Positions 1 to 12,562 of a DNA stretch of 46,770 nucleotides are shown here, piece after piece. The number at the start of each line of letters is the position of its first letter. The first letter of the stretch is position 1. Made by a program: the position numbers and the translations under genes. Under the pieces are notes generated by a model. The model made no database searches. It was not told where the DNA came from and worked only from the letters and a program-made list of their open reading frames with translations. The stretch comes from Chiloscyllium plagiosum (taxonomy: Eukaryota), in assembly GCF_004010195.1 (NCBI RefSeq), contig NC_057718.1:42310584-42357353 (forward strand), in the 5' to 3' direction.

Positions 1-59
1 GAGGACGAAGGGAGATGAGATAGGTGTGGAGGGGAAGAAGGAACTAGGATCTAGAGAAC

Positions 60-330
60 AGGTTTAAATGGACTGGTAAGAAAAATCAAATGCACATTAG
101 CAAAAACTATTTTTATACAGCAGATGATTGCAATCTTGAATCCTCTGCTGAAAGGATGGTGGAGGCTGATTCAATTATGGCTCTCAAATACAAACATCTG
201 AATGGGAAAATATTTTTAGAGTACAAGGAAGGGTGTGGTTGAGACTTGTTAAATTGCTTTTGCTGATTGTTGACTCGGGCTTGATGGGCTGAACAACCCT
301 TTTCTGTGTTGTACCCATTCTATGTTTCTA
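60..330 (+). mobile_element. Decayed CR1-type LINE 3' end
   Basis: Degenerate ORF2 C-terminus (GGATGGTGGAGGCTGATTCAAT) and 3' UTR (GATGGGCTGAA...TTCTGTGTTGTACCCATTCTATGTTTCTA) resembling other CR1 tails in the window. Confidence 0.65.
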
Positions 331-774
331 GGAAATTATACTGAATAAGTGGGGCAGTGGTAAAGAATCGTGGAGGAGAATATTGTGGATATGAGTCACA
401 GCAGAACAGTGTAGTCATTGAAAGTTTCTTCAAAGCAAGAAAAGCCTTAGAGTTCCCTCAGCAGGAGGGTTATTCAGGGACACAGTATCCTTTGCAAATT
501 TTTGGATTACTGACCAGTTGAAATCGATGATATAAATATCTGAGGCATGGCTGCAGAAAAAGAAAATATGGACTGGAGGTTTTCCAGAGTGCAGCTAAAA
601 TTAATAATAGGTTTGAGAAACAATAGACATGCTCACAGTGTATATGCTATGAGAATAATGATGTTGATACTATTCCGAGAAGTCAGAAGAAAGAATAGTG
701 CACTACAATTACTAATTCATATAAAGTGGGGATTACTTGAATACAGTAGCAAGGGCAGAAATCTGATTGCAGAT

Positions 775-1045
775 TTAATTGCAAGACATGAGAAGATGGC
801 AATATCTCAGGTGGACTGGGGAGATAAGTGGATAATGAAGTGTGGAGATGTGTGAAGTATGCAATAAAGATCAAAGCGATAAAGTGAAATAAAGGTAACA
901 AAGGTGTGCAAGAGCAAAGGAAGGTTGAAGTGTACATGTATATAAGTCATTAAAGGTGACAGGACAAAGAGAGAGAGCTGTTAATTAAGCATGCGGTATT
1001 CTGGGTTTCATAAATGGAGACATAAAGTACAAGAGCAAGGAGGAG
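775..1045 (+). mobile_element. Old CR1 ORF2 fragment (post-RT region)
   Basis: Degenerate 'DWGDKW.MKC..VCEV' and 'AC GILGFINGDIKYKSKE'-like segments. Confidence 0.55.
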
Positions 1046-1385
1046 AGAGAACAAGACAGGATATTTTTTTCAGAAAGGAAGAAGGCAAAGCTGCAGTTTT
1101 TAAAAAGTAGGACAGTACCAGAGGAGAAGGAACTTTTCACAATGTTTACAGTGTAGGAGCAGGAAATAAATTTGTGTGCTCAGCAGCTATGTGGAAATGA
1201 GATCAAAAGAGTGGAAAGTGGTTCTGATAGGAAAAGTTATGATGAAGGCAGAGGAAACTGGAGAAAATGTATTTCTGTCTAGTATCCAGACAGCACAATA
1301 AAGCTGAAAAACAAAATGTGCATTGAGGTTTTATTAGAAGCACCGTAAGTAACAACAGCCAGCGAGGGACTAACGAGGAACTTGA

Positions 1386-2387
1386 ATGATTCGTTTATTG
1401 TCACTTGCATTTTACAGTGAATAATACAATAATATACAGTGAAAAGCTTCAATGGTTCACCACAATTCACCAACATTTTGAATAGTTTAAGAATAAAAAG
1501 AATAAATAGATATAACTGAAAGAGAATCTATCTTTATTCCACCACCTCTACAATAAGTCCTGAGTCATAAGCTTGCTCACCAGCGACATTGGCACTGCCA
1601 TCATCCCTCTATCACCTCGCCATCATCTGCAGCGGACCCACCAATATAGGACTTACCACACTTTAGGTGCCACCTCTTCACCCCGGGCCTATCTCGCCAT
1701 GGGGTCCCACGCTGCCACTGAATACCATACTCACCCTGCAACCAGGAGTCCCGGGCTCCGCTGCTTCTGCTGCCTCCCCAGTAGGAGTCCCTACTCCTAT
1801 AACATGTCTATCATGACTGCAAACAGAACTCTCTGGCTCCGCTGCCACCTCAAATGATGCCAGGAGTCCCCTCTCAGGACATATCATGCTACCGCCACTG
1901 CAGCCATCACCTTCTCAATGCCAGGAGAGCCCTGTCTTAGACGTACTACAACCAGGAGTCCCTGGCTTCATTGCCAGGCCAGGCTCCATTGCTAAGAATC
2001 CCGCTCCAGCCACCCTCCTCTGAGATGTCACCTTGCCGACATTGCTATCTTGAAGAGTCTGCTGCTACTACCACCTCCAATTGTTGGAGGGGCTTTGCCA
2101 TTGGTGCCGCCATTACCAGCCTTGAATACTGGGATGACGTTCTTGCTGGGAGGTGCTGTGTCTGCTGCTATCACTACCTCCAACTGCGAGGAGGCTGCTG
2201 CCACTCTGTGCATGGCCTGCTGTAGCTGCCACTCTGATGCTGCTGACTATCCTGTCAAGAAAATAAAAAAACCAAAAGGAAGAGACGAAAGTAAAAAGAG
2301 AAGTAAAACAAAAGATAAAATAAAGAAAGCAGATGAGGCTCAGGCAAGTGCCCGCATGCAGCCTTGCTACACTGCTGCCATCTTGGA
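1386..2387 (-). mobile_element. ~1-kb non-coding retroposon-like element with internal CAGGAGTCCC repeats
   Basis: Minus strand starts TCCAAGATGGCAGC (2387) and ends GTGACAATAAA (1394-1404). GC-rich interior with degenerate repeats. Confidence 0.45.
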
Positions 2388-3009
2388 TGAGTCATATGTT
2401 GAAAGAAAGCATTTAACGACCTGAAGCAAAGAATCAGGGAAATCCAAATGAGCATTACAGTCCTGATAGTAGATAAACTAAAAGTCCTCCTCTTGACCCT
2501 GTCCCAAATTGTTGGATCACTTAAGTATTGGAGCAGTGACTTGTACCTGAAGATGGACAACAGAGACACCCTCTCCACTTTGCCACCAAAAGTTTAAAGA
2601 GATGGGAGATAACATTGAACCTGAGATCTCATTAGTTCAAAGATTAAAATATTTAATTAATTTTAATTCTCCTACAGGATTAATTATCTTTAGTGCATAT
2701 GCATTCAAGGCTTTCAGAATGGCCATAATTAAAATTTCAGAAAGAATGGGATCTTCTAGGGCCTAACCGAGTTCAGTTGAGTGAAACTCCCAACGATTGT
2801 GGAATGATCTCCAAGTGCTGCTAACACATGAGGAGATTGTAGACTGAGCAAACATCTATCTTCACTCCTGATCAGGTTGGGATTACAAATGAAACTTAAC
2901 TTGGGCAGAAACCTAGTGGACCAGATATTTATCCCAAATTATAACTCTAATGTTTGTAACCCCAGCATTTGGCTTAGTATTTAAACCACTGTGGCATAAG
3001 GAACCCTAG

Positions 3010-3416
3010 CAAAACCCATTCCGCTGGATGGAGTAATATCTGGCATATAGAAAGGTATTGTGGAGGTCAGTCACCCCAGCTCCAGAACGTCTCTGCAGGA
3101 CTTCATCAGAGTAGCTGCATCTTCCAATCCTATGACCACTTCCATCTAGAAAGACAGGGCAGCAGTTACATGGAAACACCACCGCCTACAGTTCCCTCTA
3201 AGCCACTCACAATCTTAATTTGGAATTGCATCACTATTCCTTGACTGTCGCTGGATCAAAATTCCTGCCTAAGGGCATTGTGGGTCAACCTACAGCATGT
3301 GGATTTCTGCATTTCAAGAAGGCAGTTCACCACCACCTTCTCAAGGACAACTGGGGACAGGTGATAAATGCTGCCCAGCCAGTGATGTCCATGTCCCATG
3401 AGTGAAGAAATAAAAA
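3010..3416 (+). mobile_element. CR1/L2-clade LINE (second family), internally deleted 3' end
   Basis: 'GGQSPQLQNVSAGLHQSS'-like RT remnant joined to the 3' UTR TTCAAGAAGGCAGTTCACCACCACCTTCTCAAGG...ATAAATGCTG, shared with 6905-7975 and 13400-13641. Confidence 0.7.
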
Positions 3417-3610
3417 TGATCAATTATGAAATTGTGGTTTGAGTCTGTACTCAAATCAAATCAGATTTAGATCTTTTGATTTATATGTGAAATGACAGTC
3501 TGAACTAGAATCTACTTAGAGTCATTCCAATTCACCCAGTTTACAAATTTAAAAAAAAGCTTGATAGTTTGTTAAGATTCCACAGAACATTGTATGCAAT
3601 GTCCAACTTG

Positions 3611-4335
3611 TCAGTCATGCTTCAGTTGGCAGCACTCTCACCTCTGATACACAGGGTGGGATTTTGCAGAGATTCAGGCAATGGGTTGAGAGGAAGGGAT
3701 GGCCAAACAATAGAGAAGGAGTGCCCAGTCTGGCTTGCTGCTCATCCTCCCAAGTTTGCTGGTATTTTACCAGCAGTGGGGAAGTGAGAAATGGCCACCC
3801 TCATGGAGGGAGTTCAGATATATATGTCTAGTTGGCTTTTCTGGGGTTCAGTGGGGGAGTCAACTTGATTGGGCGTCATGTAGGGCTCTCCTGATGACAG
3901 CAACAAAATGCTCTTTCACTTCCAGACACTTCACTCAGCGCACCACCCCTAACCATATTTCCATGGAATTACCCTTATTGCTGCTCTGGACTGGGTACAA
4001 CTGCCACCACCCCTGATGCACTATCAGAAATGGATCTGCAGGCCTCTAATTGATTGGCAGCTCTTGGGGAGGTAGATTTTGCCTCTTCAAGGAGTGGAAG
4101 CCTCTAATTCAGATAGTTAATTGTCTGATAGATGTAAAATCCAAAGGGACTCCCAGAAATGGTCAAGGTTGTGTTTCCCTGACTTTTTGGCTCATGGATG
4201 TGGTTACTGCTGCACATTAAAATCATGGCCCGGAAGGTTGTGGGTTCAAGTCCCAGAGATATGAGAACAAGAATAAAGCTTCACTGCTGCACAGTCTGTT
4301 TCAGAATATTAAACCAAGGTCTCACTTGTCTTTGT
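3611..4335 (+). mobile_element. tRNA-head SINE (Deu/SacSINE-like 5' part) split by a DNA transposon
   Basis: A-box half CAGTTGGCAGCACTCTCACCTCTGA (3623-3647) continues as AAGGTTGTGGGTTCAAGTCCC (B-box) at 4234 after a 576-bp interruption. Confidence 0.65.
3655..4230. mobile_element. Non-autonomous PIF/Harbinger-like element (MITE)
   Basis: Imperfect TIRs GGTGGGATTTT / AAAATCATGGCC with 3-bp flanks CAG (3652-3654) and CGG (4231-4233). Cleanly interrupts a SINE. Confidence 0.6.
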
Positions 4336-4374
4336 TCAGCTATACAAGGCACTGTTGAGACTACATGTGGAGCA

Positions 4375-4750
4375 CAGTGTACATGTCACCTTACATAATG
4401 AAGGATGTAACTGCATTATGGTTTAGAGAAAGTTTATAGTCTAATACCAGTTGTCTTATGGGGAAAGAATGGATAGGCTAGACTTGTATCCATTGGAGTT
4501 TAGAGGATTAAATGTTAACTTAACCAAAACATATAAGATCATTAGGGTTCTTGATAAGGGAGAAGTGGAAAGTATATTTTCTCTCATGGGAGAATCTAGA
4601 ATTAAGGATGACGGTTTAAAAATAAGGGGTTATCCATTTAAAACAGACAGAAAACAAAAACAAATTCACTGAGGGCCATGAGGATTTGAAAATCTCTTCC
4701 TGCAAAGCAAGTAGAAGCAAAGTCTTTGAGTAATTAAGCAGAGGTGGAAG
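4375..4750 (+). mobile_element. CR1 ORF2 C-terminal fragment
   Basis: ORF 4451-4672 SYGERMDRLDLYPLEFRGL...TYKIIRVLDKGEVESIFSLMGESR. Confidence 0.8.
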
Positions 4751-4759
4751 ATTTTGGAA

Positions 4760-6415
4760 GACATCAGTAACATATCAGAACTTTGAGAGAGTTAGGAGGC
4801 AGAAGTGAGTGCAGTGGCTATCACTAAGGAGAAGGTGCCAGGGATGCTGAAAGGTCTGAAAGTGGACGATTCACCTGGATTGGATGACCCAGAGTCTGAA
4901 GAGGATAGCTGAGAAAATTGTGGAGGCAATGATGGTGATCTTTCAGACATTGGAGTTAGAGAGGATCCCAGAGAACTAAAATATGGCTAATGTCATACCC
5001 TTATTTAAGAAGAGAGGGAGGCAGAAGATGGAATATTATAGGCCAGTTAGCCTGACCTCGATTGTTAGTAAGATTTTAGAATTCATGATGAAGAATGAGA
5101 TTGCAGGAGTACTTGGAATGCATGGTAAAATAGTGCAGAGTCAGCATAGCTTCATCAAGGGTTGGTCATGCCTGACAAATCAGTTAGAATTCTTTGAGAA
5201 GGTAATGAGGAAGATTTAAAAAAAAGAGGCAGTGGACTGATTTATTTGGATTTCTAAAAGGCGTTTGACAAAGTCCCACATAGGAGACTACTAAATAAAA
5301 TGAGTCCATGGTATTATTGGCAAGGTACTGGCATGGATAGAGGATTGGTTGACTGGCAGATGACAGAGAGTGGGGTTAAAGGATTTTTTTTCAGGATGGT
5401 AGCTGGTGACTGGTGAAGCTCTGCAGAGGTCAGTGTTGGGAACACAACTATTCACGTTACACATTAACAATTTGGACAAAGGAACTGAGGGCATTGTTGC
5501 TCAGTTTTCACATGAGACAAAGATAGGTGGAGGGACAGGTCATGTTGAGGATGCAGGGAAGCTACAGAATGACTTAGAAAGGCTAGGAGAGTGGGCAAAG
5601 AAGTGGCAGATGGAATGCAATGTTGCAAATTGTGAGGTTATGCACTTTGGCAGGAAGAATAGACTATTTACTATTTGGGGAAGGCGTTGCAAATCTGAAC
5701 CTCAAGGGGAAATAGGAGTCCTAGTTCAGGATTCAGAACATGCAGGTTCAGTAGGCAGCTAGGAAGGCAAATGACATTTTAGCATTCACTTTGAGAAGTC
5801 TAGAATACAAGAACAAGGACGTACTGCTAATACTGTGTGAGGTTCTAGTCAGACTGCAATATTGAAATACTGTGAGCAGTTTTGGGCCCATATCTGAGGA
5901 AGGATGTGGTGGCCTTGGAGGCAGTCCAGAGGAGGTTTACAAGAATGATCCCGGGGATGAAGAGCTTGTCATATGAGCTGCAGTTGAGAACTCTGGGTCT
6001 GTATTCAATGGAGTTTAGAAGGATGAGGGAGGATCTCTCTAAAACTTACAGAATACCGAGAGATGTACATAGAGTGGATGCAAAGAAGATGTTTCAACTA
6101 GTAGAAGACACTAGGACTCAAGAGCACAACCACATAGTAAAGGGCTAATCCTTCTGAACTCAGATAAGGAGGAATTTCTTCAGGTAGAGGATGGTAAATC
6201 TGTGGAACTCATTGCCACAGAAAGGCTGTGGAGGCCAAATTACTAAGTATGATTAAGACAGATATAGATAGGTTCTTGATTAGTAAGGGGTTCAAAGGTT
6301 ATGGGGAGAAGGCAACAGAATGGAGTTGAAAAACTCCATATCAGCCATGATCAAATGGTGAAGCAGACTTGATCAGCAGAGTGGACTCATTCTGTTCCTA
6401 TGTTTTATGATCTTG
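4760..6415 (+). mobile_element. 5'-truncated CR1 LINE, reverse transcriptase pseudogene plus 3' UTR
   Basis: ANVIPLFKK..YRPVSLTSIVSKILE, QHSFIKGWSCLTNQLEFFE, QRSVLGTQLFTLHINNLD, WAKKWQMECN, LEAVQRRFTRMIPG. Multiple stops and frameshifts. Confidence 0.92.
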
Positions 6416-6554
6416 TGGATTGGTTCTTAGTAAATAAAGTGCATATAATTGGCCAAATATATTTGCCACTTGTTCATTTCTTTTTCAATTGAAAGAACAA
6501 ATTTCATCAAATGATTTTTGGGGTGGAAGGAATATAATAGCAAATCGATGTATA

Positions 6555-6672
6555 CCCAGGTCCAAACTTGGATTTGAAACATTGGCTTTATTTTTTCTCA
6601 ACAGATACTGTCAGAGCTGCTGCATTTCTAGCACTTTCTATTTTTATTCCAAATCTCTACCATCTCCAGTAA
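6555..6672 (+). mobile_element. Decayed Penelope-terminal short element
   Basis: TGAAACATTGGCT...CAGATACTGTCAGAGCTGCTGCATTTCTAGCAC resembles 40222-40325 and the reverse complement of 6705-6806. Confidence 0.5.
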
Positions 6673-6704
6673 TTGCCATAATGAAGGGAACACAGTATAT
6701 AATG

Positions 6705-6806
6705 ATAAACAGAGGGAATGCTGGAGAAGCTCAACAGGTCTGGCAGTACTTATAGAGTTAGAAACAGAGTTAATGTTTTGAATCCAGTGTGACTCTTCTT
6801 CAGAAT
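6705..6806 (-). mobile_element. Penelope-terminal short element with decayed minimal hammerhead motif
   Basis: Minus strand reads CTGAAGA-A-GAGTC-ACACTG-GATTC-AAAACATT followed by CCAGACCTGTTGAGCTTCTCCAGCA. Confidence 0.6.
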
Positions 6807-6904
6807 CATTATTCACAATGAAAAGATACATTGGACATATACATGTGGGTTTTATTTGATTTATTGCATATGCTCTCAATGGTAACTTAAACAGTTAGGA
6901 TAAT

Positions 6905-7975
6905 TTTTAAAAGTTCATTCAGGGTGTGGCTGGCTAATCCAGTATTTATTGACCATTCCCAGTTGCCCTTGAGAAGGTGGCAGTGAGCTCCCTTCTTGAA
7001 CATCTGCAGTCCATCTGGTGCAAGTGCACCCACCATGCTGTTGCAGAGGGAGTTCTAAGATTTTGATCCAATTACAGTGAAGGAACCGTGATATATTTCC
7101 AAGTCAAAGTATTGAATGGTTTGGAGGGAAGTTTACAGGTAGTGGTGTTTCCATGTATCTGCTGCCCTTGTCCTCTTAGATGGTAATGTTTGTGGGTTTG
7201 AAATGGCTGACTTTGAGGAGTCAGGAGTTGAGTTACTCACTGCAGGATTCCTAGCCTTGAACTTGATCTTGTAGCTGTTATATTTTTATGACGACTGCAG
7301 TTCAGATTCTGGTCAATTGTAACCCCTAGAATATTTATGGTAAGGTATTCAGTAATTATAATATCATTGAATGTGTAGGGGTGATGCTTCAATTCTCTCT
7401 TGTTGGAGGTGGTTATCGCTGGCACTTGTGTGGCTCAAGTATTACTTGCCCTTTGTTAACTCAAGTCTCGCTATTGTCCAGGTTTTGCTGCATTTGGACA
7501 CAGACAAATTCTGAGGAGTTGCTTAACATTGTACAATCGGCGTATTTCCTCAGTTCTAATCTTATAATGGAAAGATCATTATTGTAGCTGCTAAAGATGA
7601 TTGGGCTTGCATACCACCCTGACAGCTCCTGCAATGATGCCCTGGAGTTTGGGTCCATGATCTCCAACTTCAACCATTTTCCTTTGTGCTAGATAAGACA
7701 AGAACAGGTGGATAGTTTTGCCTCTAATTCCCATCCACCATAGTTTCGCTAGGGCTCCTTGATACTACACTCAGTTAAATGTGGCCTTGGTGTCAAGGGC
7801 AGTTACTCTGACCTCATCTCAGGAGTCTTTTGTCCATGTTTGAATCAAGGCTACAATGAGGTCAGGAGCTGAATGGTCCTGGCAGAACCCAAACTGAGTG
7901 TCAGTGTGCGGATTATTGCTAAGCAGGTTTTGCTTGATAACACTGTTGATTACCCCTTCCTTCACTTAACTGATG
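6905..7975 (-). mobile_element. CR1/L2-clade LINE (second family), RT fragment plus 3' UTR
   Basis: YADCTM..SEFVCVQMQQNLDN (ORF 7461-7673) and SNKRELKHHPYTFNDIIITEYLTINILGVTIDQNLN (ORF 7237-7425). 3' UTR matches 3200-3416. Confidence 0.85.
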
Positions 7976-10900
7976 CTACATTTTAAGATACATGAGAGAA
8001 TAGGAAATAGCAGGAGATAATGAATAATAAACTAATGCTAAAAAAGAACTTTAGTTTCCTTCGTAATGCTTAAGCATTTGTTTCTACATCTTGCCTTCAA
8101 TACTGCTGATCCAAGCATAAAATATAGGACAGCTCTTAATCCATCAGAGTCACAACTCCATCATTAGAGCTAAGAATAGATATGCCTGTTGGAATTGCTG
8201 CTGCATTTAAGATAATTTCAACATATATCGGCATATGAAACATCCACAAAATATAATTAGATGCAAACGTCTGTCATTTAAGTCTGTGATCCACTGCATA
8301 AGCAACTGTCAATTTGCCAACAATCATAGTCACGCCTATTCAATAACTTTTCTTCAGTGCATTATACTAAAGCACATCTGGGATATTCATACACAGTGAA
8401 TTTTATGGACACTTTCATGAAAGAAATATCAAAGCTGCTCTTCTAATAATTTTTAATAAACTCTGTATAAAATACTTGTGCATTCACAGAATTCAAAAGC
8501 AAGAATACTAATTTTTTTTCAATCAGTATGGGAGTGTTCTTACAAAGGGAAATAACTAACATCCAAATATGAATAACCAGTGGTTATCAGTTTTAAATAA
8601 AGAGACAGGCCATAGCCAACTCAAAATGTATCACAGTTCCTTAATAAGTTGACAATAAAATCATACAATGAATAGAAACATTGAAATTAGTGATAATAGT
8701 ATGGTAGGAGAGTAAAACAATATTGATATTGCATATTGCTGTCTCTATATCTAAGGCAATACATGTGATTCAACTTCATTAATTCCTTTAAGAAAGGTAT
8801 CCTGCTCCTCAGCTCATTAGTAATTTATCCAAGACTTATGAAATATAAGAAATGAATCAGATTTAAGTGCTGCCGTTATTATAAAAACTGGAATACTTAT
8901 TTTGGACATTAAGTTGTGTATAGATTTAATATCTATAATCACAGTCTCAATTCACAACGAGTATATACATTTTAAAATAAGAAGGAAAAAAGACAAACTA
9001 TACTTTGCAGTGCATAGATCCATTGATGATGGCAAGTTATAGTTCAAAAGTAAAATAACTTTGCCGTCAAAATTTTTAAAGTAAATTATTTCACAAAAGA
9101 GGAGATTTTAAATTTCTTAAGTGGCTTGTATTCAAATCAAGTTTTCCATTAGAAACCATTTGAAACTTTTGGAAATATTTTAAATGGCAGTATTAAAATT
9201 CTTTGTATTTTGCCACCAGATATGATTTATCTATTGAGTGTGGATTTTCTGCTTGACAACTACAAAAATTATCTTGAAATGAGTAAAGCTCTCATATAAA
9301 ATTAATTTTCATCAGTCACATAAATAATACCAAAATCATTAGTTCTTTGGAATGGATTTTTCATTTTGGACCTTTGCCCAGATCTGTTTTGACAAAACAG
9401 TGTAAAGAAAACCTTACAAAAAGGAATCACAAATGAATATGCAGAAACCATTTCTACTCAAACTGATATTACTCCAGCCTATTTAATTGGAAATAAAGAT
9501 AACTGGCTTTCTACTAAAGCATAAAAAAAGGGCAACTGACAATGAAATTCAAATATTGAGTACAAGTGTAGCTGTATGTTATGTTCATTAAAATAGTAAA
9601 GATAAAAGGATACGTTAGTTCACTCTTAGTGTGTAACAATGACAAAGAAACCTGGGATCATTGCTAAATGTACAGTAATGTGAAACCAATTAAGTCCTAT
9701 TTTTTCCTCCCAATCCTTAATACTGTAAATGCTGGATGGAACAAAGCAAGTGTAAAATAACATAGAACAATATTAAATAAAAGTTACTCAGTATTTCAAA
9801 CTGTATATATGTATATAAATCATCCTTATTCACAAATGACATTTTTGTTAAAGCGTTATAAATCACATAGTTAAACTCCATAGGGTAAATTCACTAATCT
9901 CATATTCTGGGTAAGGAACTCTATTCGAACAGAATGCAGATTAATGAATTTATACTTTAGTGTTCAAACCCTATTTATGACCTGCTAGATTAGTGCATCT
10001 CTTGTTAAATATCTCTAAGAAATAAATAGCTACACAATTTAAACATCGTGGGTCAAAATAAAAATCAAGTGAAGCAGAGAGCACATTGAACTGATAGAAA
10101 AAGCATTGAGAATTAATCCTTACACCTCTGCTTATTTTGAGTACTTCACAATTTAATTGCTATGATATGGCTTCACAAGGACATGCCGCGCTGTGGCCTT
10201 AGTTCACTAAATAACAAAGCCTAGACAGCCTTTTACAAAAGCAAGATTTTGAAGAACTGTAAAACCCATAAAGGATGGTTTAGCATAGTATTTCAGGGAG
10301 TCTATTCCACTTGTGACCAATGTCATAAATATACTTAATCCAAAATATTACTTTCTTGCCAGACACAGTACACAGAATGCCATAAAAATGCAGTTTTCGG
10401 TCATATTTCCCCATTACAGATGTCCACTTGATAGTTCAGGATAATATTAACACGTCAGAGAGTGCTCTGTCCCTATGCACACCTGTTTTTGAGTGCAAAT
10501 AAACTTTAAGATATTAATTTTTCCTTCAAACAGACCTTGATTTTGCATTGTTCTCTATTCTTCCTATTCATGACAGTCTTTTCATTCTTAATATTACTCT
10601 TTGGCTTCTTCATCATTCACTTTCCTCCACTTCTAGGGGACTAACTAAAATTCTAATGCTTTTGCATTGTACTTACTAGTTGAACACGTTAGTTCTGCTT
10701 TATCCCTATCTCTTTTTTGGGATCTTGTTTCATGCCTTCTCTTTTCTTTGGTAAACAAACAGTAACCCTACTCGGTAATTACGTTTAGCTACTTGACCCA
10801 GTGATTCTCCAAGATCCTATTTCAGTCTTTCAGTTCCTGAGCTCTTCAAAATGTAATTGCCATTCAAGTACCAACTGATGGTGAATACTGAATATATTTT

Positions 10901-11020
10901 AAAATCTGTTTTGTAAACCTTTTTCAATTTTGTTAAAACAAGGATGTGTAACAAAAAGCTTTGCAATATTACATCCAGATAAAACTGACCCATGATTCTG
11001 ACAGACTGGTTGCTAGATTC

Positions 11021-12279
11021 TAGATTAGAGTGGTTCTGGAAAAGCACAGCAGGTCAGGCAGCATCCGAGGAGCAGGAAAATCGATGTTTTGGGCAAAGGC
11101 CCTTCATCACGATAGAGGCAAGGAGCCTCCAGGGTGGAGGAATAAGTTGGGGAGTGGGGCTGGGNNNNNNNNNNNNNNNNNNNNNNNNNNNNNNNNNNNN
11201 NNNNATGGAGGTGATAGGTCAGAGAGGAAGGTGGGGGAAGGTAGCAAAGAGTACAATAGGTGAATGGGGATGGGGATGGAGGTTCAGAGGGGAGGCTGGA
11301 GCAGATAGGTGGGAAGGTAGATTGATAGGTAGGACAGGTCATGAGGACAGTGCTGAGCTGGAAGGTTGGAACTGGGGTAAGATGAGGGGAGGGGAAATGA
11401 GGAAACTGGTGAAGTCTTCATTGATGCTCTGTGGTTGAAGTGTTCCAAGGCAGAAGATGAGGCGTTCTTCCTCCAGGCGTCGGGTGGTGAGGGAATGGCG
11501 GTGGAGAAGGCCCAGGACCTGCATGTCCTCGGAAGAGTGGGAGGGAGGGGGTTGAAATGTTGGGCCACGGGACGGTGGGGTCGATTGGTGCAGGTGTCCC
11601 GGAGATGTTCCCTGAAGCGCTCTGCGAGGAGGCGTCCAGTCTCCCCAGTGTAGAGGAGACTGCATCGGGAGCAACGGAAACAATAAATGACATTGATGGA
11701 TGTGCAGGTGAAACTTTGATGGATGTGAAAGGTTCCTCTGGGGCCTTGGATGGAAGTGCAGGAGAGGTGTGGGCACAGGTTTTGCAATCCCTGCAGTGCC
11801 AGGACCGGAGGATGCATTGTTGGAGGGCGTGGACCTGACCAGGTTGTCACGGAGGGAACGGTCTTTGCGGAAAGCGGAAAGGGGTGAGGAGGGAAATATA
11901 TCTCTGGTGGTGGGGTCCATTTGGGAACATCTCCGGGACACCCGCACCAATCAACCCCACCACTAAGTAGCCCAACATTTCAACTCCCCCTGCCACTCTG
12001 CCGAGGACATGCAGGTCCTGGGCCTCCTCCACCGCCGCTCCCTTACCACCCGACGCCTGGTGGAAGAACATCTCAACTTCCGCCTCAGAACACTGCAAAC
12101 CCAGGGCATCAATGTGGTCTTCACCAGTTTCCTCATTTCCCCTCCCCCCACCTTAACCCAGTTCCAACCTTCCAGCTCAGCATTGTTCTCATGACCTGTT
12201 ACTGCCTGACCTGCTGTGCTTTTCCAGCACCACTCTAATCTAAACTCTGGTTTCCAGCATCTACAGTCCTCACTTTTGC
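11021..12279. mobile_element. Penelope-like element insertion with inverted structure and GIY-YIG endonuclease remnants
   Basis: Minus strand: NVIYCFRCSRCSLLYTGETGRLLAERFREHL...RRLEEERLIFCLGTLQP. An inverted partial copy lies on the plus strand (11921-12279). Flanking direct repeat GTTGCTAGATTC at 11009-11020 and 12283-12294. Confidence 0.9.
11165..11204. other. Assembly gap (40 N)
   Basis: Run of N. Confidence 1.
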
Positions 12280-12429
12280 CTAGTTGCTAGATTCACTAAT
12301 TATAATGAATGAATTATAAAAAAAAATCTCCAAATCAAAAATTAAGATAGAAATACATCATGTTGATAGGCAAATAGTGGTGGATAGTTTCCACTGCTTG
12401 GCAAGACATTAACAAACTAGCTCAAAAAT

Positions 12430-12562
12430 GTGGTGGGGTAAATGTGGTGTTACAGTAGTGGGGTGGGGGTCTTGGACTGGGTAGGATGCTCTTCAGAGGG
12501 TCAGTGCTGTCTTGATGGGTTGAATGGCCTCTTTCTGCAATGTAGGGATTCTACAATTCTAT
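12430..12562 (+). mobile_element. SINE/CR1-type 3' tail fragment
   Basis: GATGGGTTGAATGGCCTCTTTCTGCAATGTAGGGATTCTA tail. Confidence 0.55.

Noticed and set aside
1740..1965. CRISPR-like spaced repeats
   Set aside because: Repeats are only 9-10 bp with irregular spacing, in eukaryotic context with no cas genes
10817..10906. Minus-strand DFKIYSVF... as the SPATA17 last coding exon
   Set aside because: Only 'DF' matches, the acceptor has a poor pyrimidine tract, and the preceding exon is absent
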